Part shown: piece by piece, positions 51,434 through 59,550 of the stretch | Layout: the number at the start of each line of letters is the position of its first letter | Numbering within the stretch: position 1 is the stretch's first letter | Assembly (NCBI GenBank): GCA_900299395.1 | Contig: OMJO01000012.1 | Coordinates: 623 to 64,622, forward strand | Direction of reading: 5' to 3' | DNA length: 64,000 nucleotides | From: a bacterium | GTDB taxonomy: Bacteria; Patescibacteriota; Saccharimonadia; Saccharimonadales; OMJO01 | The notes under the pieces: generated by a model | Databases searched by the model: none | Seen by the model: the letters and a program-made list of their open reading frames with translations, nothing else | What the model was told of the DNA's origin: nothing | Translations under genes and position numbers: made by a program

Positions 51434-54292
51434 CTACTCCTGCGAGGCGTTTGAGTCGTGCATGGTGCCGTCACGATCGATATAGATTGTATTACCATCG
51501 TCTGGCTGTGGTTGTTCAGCTTTCTTTTGACCTTCTGGTGCAGTAGTGCCGTCTTGGCCTGGGGCAGACTGTAGCGTGCCGCCAGGTGCTACGGTAACGT
51601 CACCTTGCTGTGCAGTTGATACTTGAGGCGTGGGGTTTGCGAATGGGTTGGGTGGGTTGCCCACCTGAGCGTTGGGTCTAGATGGTACAGCCCCAGCACT
51701 TGGTGTAGCAGTACGACGCTTAGCCAACCACTCATCTAAGAAAGATGACCCCGTGCTGCTAGCGGGTGCTGGGCGAGCCGCGCCCCCAAGGGGACTACCA
51801 CCTGGTGTAGGATTTGAACTGAAGCTGCTCCTCGGCTCTTCTTGAGTCGCAAGGCGTGCGAATATCTCTTGCTCAACCTTTGCACGAGGTCTCCCGTACT
51901 TCGCTGCCGAAAGCTGTCGGAGTGCTTGTGCAAGCTCGGCGTTTGGCGTCCCTAATGGCGGTAACGTCGACATACTAAATGGCTGAGTTGGGACTCCCCC
52001 AACAAGCGTACGAGTAATCGTATTGTAGTTCGGCACTCGCAGTAAGTCCTCACCATCAAAAGTTGGCTGAAAATACTTCACCAATGAATCTACGTCGTTC
52101 TGACCCACACGAAACGCCACAATGGTACCCATGTTACCAAAGACAGCGTCGCGAATTTCATCGGTCAGCTGTGTCGTAAACTGGTTGGCAACGATTAGGT
52201 TCAAGTGGTATTTTCGGGCTTCGGACATAATTGTTGCAAAGGAGTCAGTAGAGAAATTCTGAAACTCATCGACATACAGGCTGAAATCTTCTCTCTGGTC
52301 CTCCGGCACGCTTGCTCGGCTCATGGCAGCAGCCTGGAATTTCATTACAAAAATCATACCCAACAGCTTTGAATTGAGCTCCCCGGTGCGCCCCTTACTG
52401 AGGTTAACGAGCAGGATCTTCTTGTTGTCCATGATTTCTCGCAAATCGAACGAACTCTTGGTCTGGCCAATAATATTGCGCATCATTTCGTTACTGAGAA
52501 ATGCTCCAAACTTACTGACAAACCAACCTAGTACCTCACTTTTGTGATAGTCACTGGTTTGCGCCATTTCCTTATTCCAAAAGTCCAGTACTGTTTGATC
52601 TGTGACGTGCTTGAGCTTCTGGCGAGCGTAGCGGTTATCGGTAAATACTTTGGGGATGTCTATAAAGGTTGCGCCATCGGGGTCACTCATTAATGTAAGT
52701 GCTGCATTTCTAAACCAGTGCTCATAACGAGGGCCAATAATACCCTGGTGCTGTGGGTCATACAGTTTATACAGCATGTTAATAGCTTCCTGGATAAGAA
52801 AGTCTTTCTGCTCGGGCGTATGGAACTCAAATAAGTTAAGCCCCATCGGATACTCCATATCTGCCGGCGAGAAGTAAATAACGTCTTCCGTGCGTTCTTT
52901 TGGCACCATGGCCAATAGCCTATCGACGGTATCGCCGTGTGGGTCAACAAAGGCAAAGCCGTCACCATTTAACATGTCCTGTAGGGCGAGATTTTCTAAG
53001 AAGTTGGATTTACCAACACCAGTCTGACCAACTGCATACATGTGACGACGCCTGTCCTCGAGTGTTAGGCGTATGGGCTTCTTTACGCCGCGGAAGATGT
53101 TGTACCCCAATAGCAGGCCATCCTCTGGGATGTTTCGTGGGCCATCAACCTGTTTTGAAGCTTGGCGCTCTAGCTGGCTGGTTGGAATATTGCCTTGGTC
53201 TGGGAAGTGGAACAGTGTCGCGAGCTCAACAGAGTTCAGGATGCTCTGTTTATTCTCCTGCGGGAAAAATCGCAGTATATATGCAGTTACGAAACGCTCG
53301 ATATCTTTGGCTGGCGTATACTTAAAGCCGTTTTTGCCAGGTGCATCGAACAACGCAAAAGTGGCAACAACATTATTAAGAATTGCTTGTGCGCGCTGAG
53401 AAATATTAGAAGATGCCACCACGCGTATCAGGACTTCAAAGCCTGGGTGGCGTGTCTTTGCATCTATTGCATCGAGTACACCCTGTTCATGACTGGAGAG
53501 ATTCGCTCCCGGGGAAGCTGCAGCTTCTGACTTACTTTTATCTTCCGGAGGCTTTACAAAAGCCACAAACACTTGTCGTAACCACCAAAACGTCTTATCG
53601 GGACCTTTTTTACTTTCTTTACCTTTACGTTTTTTACTGGCTACAGCATGCGCTTCTTTGCGCCAGTCTGGGCTCGCCGGTCTGATAAGAATTTGTATGC
53701 CTACCCCGTCATCTTTCTCTAACGACGAGAGGGCATTGAGTAATGATTGCATGGCATCACGCTTGAGCTCCTGATAGGTTTCGATGGGATATGCATAATG
53801 TTCCTTCAGGGTAAGCTCACCGCCAATGGTGCCACTAATTTTCCCAACGGGGCTAAAAATATTGTGTTCAGCCACCTCCTCCATGCGTGCCGTTGGATAC
53901 GCACTTACGACCGCCTGCTTAACCACCTCGACCAATGCCACTGGCACAGCCGCATAGAACTGCACGATGCCGTTCGTCCCTACTATTTCAAAAGCGAAAT
54001 GCCGCTGGCCATAAAATTTACTCTTAAACCCCTTCTGTAACGTACTGGCTATGATGCCATATAAGATTTCTGCCTTTGAGATGTTCTCATCAAGCACATC
54101 CCGAACATCCCGATTTCCTACTTCTGTATCAGAACTGGTTGGCGGTAAGTGGATCAATAGTGGAACCATCTTGAGCCCGCGTTCAAAATTTTTCTGTTCG
54201 CGGAATATTTTACGAACCTGCATGAAGATTAATGGCGAAGCAGCCCCCGCCAACACTGCGAATATCCCCAAAATAACAATAAAGGATCCCAT
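51434..54292 (-). CDS. VirD4/TraG/TraD-type coupling-protein-like P-loop ATPase with a large unknown N-terminal domain
   Basis: 952 aa. N-terminal TM helix. Walker A GQTGVGKSNF followed by FAFVDPHGD. Walker B LYVDEFQNF. RKYHLNLIVANQFTTQL resembles the TraG/TraD C-terminal motif. The last ~170 aa form a Pro/Gly/Ser/Ala-rich tail. Confidence 0.7.
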   Translation of the reverse strand: MGSFIVILGIFAVLAGAASPLIFMQVRKIFREQKNFERGLKMVPLLIHLPPTSSDTEVGNRDVRDVLDENISKAEILYGIIASTLQKGFKSKFYGQRHFAFEIVGTNGIVQFYAAVPVALVEVVKQAVVSAYPTARMEEVAEHNIFSPVGKISGTIGGELTLKEHYAYPIETYQELKRDAMQSLLNALSSLEKDDGVGIQILIRPASPDWRKEAHAVASKKRKGKESKKGPDKTFWWLRQVFVAFVKPPEDKSKSEAAASPGANLSSHEQGVLDAIDAKTRHPGFEVLIRVVASSNISQRAQAILNNVVATFALFDAPGKNGFKYTPAKDIERFVTAYILRFFPQENKQSILNSVELATLFHFPDQGNIPTSQLERQASKQVDGPRNIPEDGLLLGYNIFRGVKKPIRLTLEDRRRHMYAVGQTGVGKSNFLENLALQDMLNGDGFAFVDPHGDTVDRLLAMVPKERTEDVIYFSPADMEYPMGLNLFEFHTPEQKDFLIQEAINMLYKLYDPQHQGIIGPRYEHWFRNAALTLMSDPDGATFIDIPKVFTDNRYARQKLKHVTDQTVLDFWNKEMAQTSDYHKSEVLGWFVSKFGAFLSNEMMRNIIGQTKSSFDLREIMDNKKILLVNLSKGRTGELNSKLLGMIFVMKFQAAAMSRASVPEDQREDFSLYVDEFQNFSTDSFATIMSEARKYHLNLIVANQFTTQLTDEIRDAVFGNMGTIVAFRVGQNDVDSLVKYFQPTFDGEDLLRVPNYNTITRTLVGGVPTQPFSMSTLPPLGTPNAELAQALRQLSAAKYGRPRAKVEQEIFARLATQEEPRSSFSSNPTPGGSPLGGAARPAPASSTGSSFLDEWLAKRRTATPSAGAVPSRPNAQVGNPPNPFANPTPQVSTAQQGDVTVAPGGTLQSAPGQDGTTAPEGQKKAEQPQPDDGNTIYIDRDGTMHDSNASQE

Positions 54293-54293
54293 A

Positions 54294-54761
54294 CTACTCG
54301 CTTACTTTTATGTCCTTATTGAACCGCTTCTTAACATAATCGGCCTTGAAAACACCCATCTCACGATTTTGTGCTCGCGGATCATCCTTAGTTCTCGCAA
54401 CAATATCCTTTGCTTTCTGCACCCACTCCTTCTCAATGAGATCGGTGTCATCAGCGATTGCTGGAACCCCTGCCACGTGTCCAATCTGACGCCGTACGCT
54501 AACACCATCACTATTAGTGGAAGTCGCTGGCGCAGTGTGAGCACCATTCTGCCCTACTGCCATTGGGTTGCCCTGTGCTGCTTGTGGTAACTCAACAGCC
54601 TGTGCACCGGTAATTTCGGTAGTCCCTACTAACTGTACTGATTCATGGGCACCCCCAGAACCAACCTCAGGGGCCGGCAGTTCAGTCGGAGGAAGCATTT
54701 CGTGGGACTCTTGATTATTCTGTATCATTCTAGTCATAAGTATATCAGAACTTGTGGGCAA
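54294..54761 (-). CDS. hypothetical protein, translationally coupled to the ATPase gene
   Basis: 155 aa. Its stop TAG lies 1 nt before the ATPase ATG. The N-terminal half is low-complexity and the C-terminal ~60 aa are charged. The start is uncertain: TTG 54761, ATG 54737 or ATG 54728. Confidence 0.5.
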   Translation of the reverse strand: MPTSSDILMTRMIQNNQESHEMLPPTELPAPEVGSGGAHESVQLVGTTEITGAQAVELPQAAQGNPMAVGQNGAHTAPATSTNSDGVSVRRQIGHVAGVPAIADDTDLIEKEWVQKAKDIVARTKDDPRAQNREMGVFKADYVKKRFNKDIKVSE

Positions 54762-54773
54762 AAACAGAGGTAA

Positions 54774-55118
54774 TTAGTTGATAAAGTCAGCTTTTGCGAC
54801 ATAAAAGCCCGTTGCACAGACGAGAGCAACAACGACCACTACGTCTTTAGAGTTCAGTTGATGGATGGACTGGAACATAAGTAATAGCGTTGGCATTGTG
54901 GCGACTACTCCTGACGCAATAACTTTCCGCTTTCTTGTCACACGAAAACGCGCCAACACATACCATTTGATTACCACGTATACCAGGGAGAATAATACAA
55001 GAAATGGCACTATCAGCAGTGGTAGTGGTAGCCGACCTGGATCAGTAAGCGCAAGAAACAGTATAAGTACACCTGTTAGCACTATAGTGATAACGTTTTG
55101 TTTATACAGACGAGTCAT
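54774..55118 (-). CDS. small three-TM membrane protein, first gene of the ATPase operon
   Basis: 114 aa from MTRLYKQNVITIVLTGVLILFLAL... I chose ATG 55118 because an extended -10 box TGGTATCAT (55125-55133) lies 6 nt upstream. The ORF-track start 55271 adds 51 unlikely residues. Confidence 0.5.
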   Translation of the reverse strand: MTRLYKQNVITIVLTGVLILFLALTDPGRLPLPLLIVPFLVLFSLVYVVIKWYVLARFRVTRKRKVIASGVVATMPTLLLMFQSIHQLNSKDVVVVVALVCATGFYVAKADFIN

Positions 55119-55124
55119 GCTTTG

Positions 55125-55133
55125 ATGATACCA
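55125..55133 (-). promoter_or_regulatory. extended -10 element (TGnTATCAT) 6 nt upstream of the operon start codon
   Basis: The minus strand reads cTGGTATCATcaaagcATG. There is no SD, which implies a leaderless transcript. Confidence 0.4.
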
Positions 55134-55855
55134 GTTTTTCGAATAAAAAATGCACTCTAACAGTAGTGTGCATCTTAGCATGGTGCCTAGACGGCAAATC
55201 CGCTCAAAAAAATTATTGTATAGCGCTTGCCGTCCGTGGCTTTGACTGACCGCTCGTCTTGCTTTTGGCAAGTTGAGCGATATCGACTTTTAGTCGTTTG
55301 GTAAGTTTTTGTTTTCGACTTACTCCCAAAAATGTACTATTTTTTGCGTAAAATGTCAACCACTTATTATTGTCGCAATAACAATACTAAGGTGTTTTGT
55401 ATCTGACGTGCTTATTTATTACCTATATTAATTCGTTGTTATAAAAACATGAATAAAATCATTATTTACTTATACAAACTAACTATCTGCACCACCTTGG
55501 CTGACTAAACGACTCTGGAGCGCATAGATAGTCTACGTACGCACTTATAATGCCTAAGACATCGTAAAATGTAACGATTATGCAACTCATCAATTTGTAA
55601 AAGTACGCTTATAGTGATGAGTATGCCGACTGTCTTTTATTCTGCACTACGCTTCAACTAATGGGTTAGATCCTGCCAGGGACAAAGACGCGGCTCTGGC
55701 TGGAATGAAAAACGGATCACAGATAGATAAAATGCCCTGTCAACCTTCCTGAATTCGTCATACGGTACATGCTGTTACACGGCAGTAGGACCGGACTAGC
55801 TTCTGAGTTATACACAGGATCCAAAAAAAATAACCCAAAAATAAACACAAACGTG

Positions 55856-55884
55856 TTGACAGTAAAAAACAGAGTGTCTACTAT
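55856..55884 (+). promoter_or_regulatory. near-consensus promoter of the candidate small RNA
   Basis: TTGACA (55856-55861), 17-nt spacer, TACTAT (55879-55884). Confidence 0.5.
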
Positions 55885-55890
55885 ATGTTT

Positions 55891-56056
55891 AGCACTTGAA
55901 TAAAAAAAGTGCTCAAAAACAAAAAGACACCTGTAACAACGGCTTCTCGCAAGCCGTTGTTCCTTGAAAAAAGGGACAACAAAAACTCAACACTCAAAGC
56001 CTTAAAAATAAATCAAAATCAAAATAACCCGCAGAAAAATTGCGGGTTATTTTATT
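55891..56056 (+). ncRNA. candidate ~165-nt small RNA (unknown family), bounded by a promoter and a terminator
   Basis: Hairpins at 55891-55913 (7 bp), 55935-55961 (11 bp, aacaacggctt/aagccgttgtt) and 55961-55976. Then a CA/A-rich single-stranded tract. Then a terminator ataacccgca/tgcgggttat (56023-56050) followed by ttttatttg. Confidence 0.4.
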
Positions 56057-56076
56057 TGTCGTACAATACGAATATC

Positions 56077-56397
56077 GTGAGAACGGTTAGAAGCGTTGCC
56101 GAATACGGGACTGGTGGGCTTCTTGTTGATGTTGAGTGCCACTTGAGTAATAGCCTCCCTGGAATCACCATAGTTGGATTTGCAAATAAAGCCGTGGATG
56201 AAGCGAAAGACCGTGTCAGAAGTGCTTTTGCGGCTAGCAACCTGTCATTACCTCGCAAAAAGATAACTATTAACCTCGCTCCTGCAGATCTCCCAAAGGA
56301 CAGTACTAGCTTTGACTTGGGTGGCAGCGATACCATAGATACGGCGCACATCAGTGAAGCACTCCAGTACCGAAAAGTTACGCCCGTTACAATATAA
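56077..56397 (+). pseudogene. comM: comM/yifB (Mg-chelatase-like competence ATPase) remnant with the central AAA+ module deleted
   Basis: The 106-aa reading frame joins the ComM N-terminal domain (LLVDVECHLSNSLPGITIVGFANKAVDEAKDRVRSAF...KKITINLAPADLPKDSTSFDL) directly to the extreme C-terminus (GSDTIDTAHISEALQYRKV). Full-length ComM is about 500 aa. Confidence 0.6.
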
Positions 56398-56401
56398 TGC
56401 T

Positions 56402-56430
56402 TGACCCCTGTTAGTATGTCTGTTACAATG
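56402..56430 (+). promoter_or_regulatory. candidate promoter of infC-rpmI-rplT
   Basis: TTGACC (56402-56407), 17-nt spacer, TACAAT (56425-56430). Confidence 0.55.
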
Positions 56431-56469
56431 CGTACCAAGCCGCTAAAGTAAATTAAGGAGTGGAGTCTT

Positions 56470-57000
56470 ATCAATAAGTTCACCCGCCTGAATGGGGCTA
56501 TTCGGGCACCTCAGCTACGCGTCATTGACGAGGATGGTTCACAACTCGGCGTTTTACCGCGCAACGAGGCCCTCGAACTGGCTAAGCAACGAGAGCTGGA
56601 CTTGGTAGAGATCTCCCCCAATGCTGACCCACCAGTCGCCAAGATTGTTGACTGGGGAAAGTACAATTATCAGCGGACCAAGCAGCTTCAAAAGACTAAG
56701 AAGAATGCTAAGAATCTCGAGGTAAAGCAAATGCGTTTTGGCCTCAAGATTGGCGATCACGACTTGGACGTAAAACTCCGCAAGGTCACAAACTTTTTAG
56801 AAGCTGGACATAAAGTTAAAATTACTGTGTTCTATCGGGGCCGCGAGCTAGCCCACAAAGACTTAGGTTTTAAGCTTGCGGAACGAGTTATCGAGAGCTT
56901 TGGCGACAAAATTTTTGTTGACCAAAACCCTCAACTTGCCGGTAAGCAGTTAAGTTTTGTCATAAGGAGCAATAACCATGCCAAAGCTAAAGACGCATAG
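56470..57000 (+). CDS. infC: translation initiation factor IF-3, non-canonical AUC start
   Basis: Reading from ATC 56470 gives INKFTRLNGAIRAPQLRVIDEDGSQLGV...LDLVEISPNADPPVAKIVDWGKYNY... This is a full-length IF-3 N-terminus. SD AAGGAG at 56454-56459 and an in-frame TAA at 56449. There is no ATG/GTG/TTG start until 56602, which would remove the N-domain. Confidence 0.85.
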   Translation: MNKFTRLNGAIRAPQLRVIDEDGSQLGVLPRNEALELAKQRELDLVEISPNADPPVAKIVDWGKYNYQRTKQLQKTKKNAKNLEVKQMRFGLKIGDHDLDVKLRKVTNFLEAGHKVKITVFYRGRELAHKDLGFKLAERVIESFGDKIFVDQNPQLAGKQLSFVIRSNNHAKAKDA

Positions 57001-57172
57001 TGGCACTAAGGACCGCGTACGAATTACCAAAAAAGGTAAGGTTTTGCATGGCCACGCAACATCAAATCACTTCCTACAGAAGAAGAGTGCTTCTCGTAAG
57101 CGCCGATTTGCCGTTGCCGGCTCTATGACTGGTAAAAGTGCCAAGAACATTAAACTGAAACTAGGAGCCTAG
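56978..57172 (+). CDS. rpmI: 50S ribosomal protein L35
   Basis: 64 aa. [22 protein letters not shown]... Confidence 0.9.
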   Translation: MPKLKTHSGTKDRVRITKKGKVLHGHATSNHFLQKKSASRKRRFAVAGSMTGKSAKNIKLKLGA

Positions 57173-57174
57173 GG

Positions 57175-57519
57175 ATGAGAGTTAAACGAGGCGTTACCGC
57201 ACACCAACGCCACCAAAAAATCCGTAAAGCAACCAAGGGTATGACCCGCGGTAATCGATCAAGCATTAAGCGTGGTAAACAAACCGTAACCAAGGCTTTA
57301 CAGTATGCATATCGCGATCGCCGCAACAAAAAGCGCACATTCCGACAGTTATGGAACGCTCGTATCAATGCTGCAGCTCGTATTAACGGCACGACATACA
57401 GTCGTCTCATTGCCGGGCTGAAGAAGGCTAACGTCACTCTTGACCGCAAGGTCTTGGCTGAGTTGGCTGTCAACGAGCCAGCCACCTTTACTGCCATAGT
57501 GAAAGCTGCCAAGAAATAA
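57175..57519 (+). CDS. rplT: 50S ribosomal protein L20
   Basis: 114 aa. [22 protein letters not shown]...[25 protein letters not shown]. Confidence 0.95.
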   Translation: MRVKRGVTAHQRHQKIRKATKGMTRGNRSSIKRGKQTVTKALQYAYRDRRNKKRTFRQLWNARINAAARINGTTYSRLIAGLKKANVTLDRKVLAELAVNEPATFTAIVKAAKK

Positions 57520-57536
57520 TCTTTCTTTGAAGATAT

Positions 57537-57567
57537 TAAAAAACCGCTCATATCGAGCGGTTTTTTA
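57537..57567. terminator. bidirectional rho-independent terminator between rplT and rnpB
   Basis: aaaaaaccgctc-atat-cgagcggtttttt. Confidence 0.7.
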
Positions 57568-57569
57568 GT

Positions 57570-57909
57570 GCTAGATTATCCGTAAGCCGGGTTCTGTTTT
57601 AGCTAACCATCTATCTAGTTGGCCGATTACTCGACAAATCAAGCGGATTGACGATGTGCTCTGGCGGGAAACCTTTGTGAGTACATCTCCTTGCAGCAGA
57701 CAGGGTTTACCATTCTCGTCAGTCACCTGACAAGATTGTGGGCTCTTACCCCACTCGTTTCACCCTTACCTAGACAAGCTAGGCGGTATCGTTTCTGTGG
57801 CACTTTCCCTAAGGTTACCCTCGGTTGCCGTTAGCAACTGTCTTTCCCTACGCTGCCCGGACTTTCCTCCTGTCCGTATCCGAACAGGCGGTTAGCCGAT
57901 AACCTAGCA
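57570..57909 (-). ncRNA. rnpB: RNase P RNA (bacterial type A)
   Basis: The minus strand contains GAGGAAAGTCCGGGC (P4 5' strand) and ACAGAACCCGGCTTA (P4 3' strand). The P1 pairing ctaggttatc/gataatctag closes the molecule. Confidence 0.9.
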
Positions 57910-57926
57910 AAATATATTATACCATT

Positions 57927-58586
57927 TTAAGCTTGAGCGTCTAGTGCCGCGTTGACAAGACTATCTGCCAGTTTGTTGAGCTTTCTTGGAACGTGCGTAT
58001 ACGTAACCCTTCGAAACTTCCCAGCCTGTGTTTTGATAGCACTATGGATGGGCCACAAATCTTTATTGCGAACTTTGTAGATTCCTTTCATCTGATTTAT
58101 GACCAGCAAGCTATCCATAAATACTGAGACCTCTCGTGCACCCATATCGTACGCCTTCTCTAGTCCTAACTTGAGTGCTGTGTACTCTGCTTGATTATTG
58201 GTAGCTGTTCCTAGATAAACTCCTTCGCCAAAGATTTGCTTATCATCCATCGTTAGTACCGCATAACCAGATGCTGAAGGCCCTGGATTTCCCCGCGATC
58301 CACCATCGGCAAACATTTTTACCATCTCCGGAGCCTTACCCGTATCTTGTTTGCCACCGAGCAAATCATCAATTGCATCCGCCAGTACTGTGTCTTTATC
58401 TGTCACCTTGCTCCCCTCCTCATGTGTTGAAAGCCAAATATCCACTGTATTCCAAATATTTTGCCACCTTGGGTGGTGTTGCTGCTCTTCGGCCAGCCTG
58501 GCCACTTTTGTCATAAAGGCAAATGCTTCTCTGAAGTCTTTGAAAACAAATTGCTTATACAGTTCGCCGTTCTTTTCTTGCCACAT
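57927..58586 (-). CDS. fusion protein: pterin-4a-carbinolamine dehydratase (DCoH)-like domain + RNase HI domain
   Basis: aa 1-75 read W..K....L.KQFVFKDFREAFAFMTKVARLAEEQQHHPRWQNIWNTVDIWLSTHE, which is the PCD signature. aa ~90-219 carry the RNase H DEDD residues, in the contexts FADGGSRGNPG, NNQAEYTAL, FMDSLLV and NKLADSL. Confidence 0.75.
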   Translation of the reverse strand: MWQEKNGELYKQFVFKDFREAFAFMTKVARLAEEQQHHPRWQNIWNTVDIWLSTHEEGSKVTDKDTVLADAIDDLLGGKQDTGKAPEMVKMFADGGSRGNPGPSASGYAVLTMDDKQIFGEGVYLGTATNNQAEYTALKLGLEKAYDMGAREVSVFMDSLLVINQMKGIYKVRNKDLWPIHSAIKTQAGKFRRVTYTHVPRKLNKLADSLVNAALDAQA

Positions 58587-58601
58587 TCCTACATCTTAGC
58601 A

Positions 58602-58678
58602 TGGTCAGGGTGAGAGGACTCGAACCTCCGATCTCCAGACCCCCAGCCTGGCGCTTTAGCCAACTAAGCTACACCCTG
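58602..58678 (-). tRNA. tRNA-Pro (anticodon GGG), CCA encoded
   Basis: 77-nt cloverleaf. Anticodon loop CTGGGGG with G37. C1:G72 is typical of bacterial tRNA-Pro. Confidence 0.9.
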
Positions 58679-58851
58679 TAACTGCCCACATTGAAGCATA
58701 AAGAAAGCCGGAAGGCCAACATGACAACCTGGAAGCTAATCCCAGGTGGGTGCCCGCACGGCAAGACCGCAATCTTGCAACGAATATTGAGCTCCCGAAT
58801 GATATTTATTCAGATTATCATTTGGTTGGCCTTAATCCCAGCCTACCACTA

Positions 58852-59484
58852 TTATAGCGGATACATTGGGCCTAGGAGAAGATGTAAGATGTGACTATTG
58901 AGAAAAGTTATGACCGGACCGATAACGGGTACTAACACTATAAAGAACAGCAATATTGCCATGAAACCCATGGATTCTATACGGTACATCACTTCCTGAA
59001 CAGGTTCTGGTGCTAACGCATACAGCAGGCGCGACCCATCCAAGGGCGGAAAAGGAATCATGTTAAACACGAAGAATGCGACGTTCACCATGACAAAGAT
59101 GGCAAGAATGTTGAATATGATTGTCGGCATATTCAGCCCGCGCAAAAATACTGCGCCGATGGCCGCTAAGATTAGGTTGGTTACCGGCCCAGCAATGCCG
59201 ATAAGAGCTGCCCCGAAATCATCAAACTTAACCCTATCAGGATTAAACGGCACTGGTTTTGCGGCAAAAATGGGCGGGAGCCCCATCGCAATCAGTAAAA
59301 CTGGCAATAACAGTGTCGTCGAAATGTCTATATGCTTTAGGGGGTTAAGGGATAGTCGCCCCATATCTCGTGCCGTTGTATCGCCGAGCCAGTGCGAGGT
59401 AAAAGCATGCATTGCCTCATGAACGGCCATAGAGATAAATATAATTGGGATGATGATGAGCAGGTCGCTTGCTGATAATTGCAT
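58852..59484 (-). CDS. site-2 protease family (M50) membrane metalloprotease
   Basis: 210 aa, polytopic. HEAMHAFTSH (HExxH) and FNMIPFPPLDGSRLL (the NxxPxxxLDG motif). Confidence 0.8.
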   Translation of the reverse strand: MQLSASDLLIIIPIIFISMAVHEAMHAFTSHWLGDTTARDMGRLSLNPLKHIDISTTLLLPVLLIAMGLPPIFAAKPVPFNPDRVKFDDFGAALIGIAGPVTNLILAAIGAVFLRGLNMPTIIFNILAIFVMVNVAFFVFNMIPFPPLDGSRLLYALAPEPVQEVMYRIESMGFMAILLFFIVLVPVIGPVITFLNSHILHLLLGPMYPL

Positions 59485-59510
59485 ACCCAGACAGTATACC
59501 AGTCAGACGG

Positions 59511-59539
59511 TTGACTTATAAGAGAAAAACACCTATAAT
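59511..59539 (+). promoter_or_regulatory. near-consensus promoter of rpmB
   Basis: TTGACT (59511-59516), 17-nt spacer, TATAAT (59534-59539). The ATG follows 11 nt later and there is no SD. Confidence 0.6.
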
Positions 59540-59550
59540 CAGCCCCTGTT

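Noticed and set aside
55500-55600. The sequence CACTTATAATGCCTAAGACATCGTAAAATG considered as a dif (XerCD) site.
   Set aside because: Similarity to dif consensus arms is weak, there is no clear 11-6-11 organisation, and no Xer genes are nearby.
55808-55816. A TTATACACA DnaA-box match, with the AT-rich gap considered as a possible replication origin.
   Set aside because: It is a single box with no cluster of boxes, no dnaA/dnaN nearby, and no obvious DNA-unwinding-element repeats.
55909-56076. The N-terminal extension of the comM-remnant ORF (MLKNKKTPVTT...).
   Set aside because: The frame runs through a strong terminator hairpin (56023-56050) and gives a K/N-rich, unconvincing peptide. ComM similarity starts only near 56077.
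58679-58851. The 170-nt gap upstream of tRNA-Pro, containing GCCGGAAGGC, considered as a possible SRP (4.5S) RNA.
   Set aside because: A CC-GGAA-GG tetraloop hairpin is there, but the flanking conserved SRP domain IV nucleotides (AGG / AGCA loops) are absent on either strand. It is more likely the tRNA promoter region and the 3' UTR of the protease gene.
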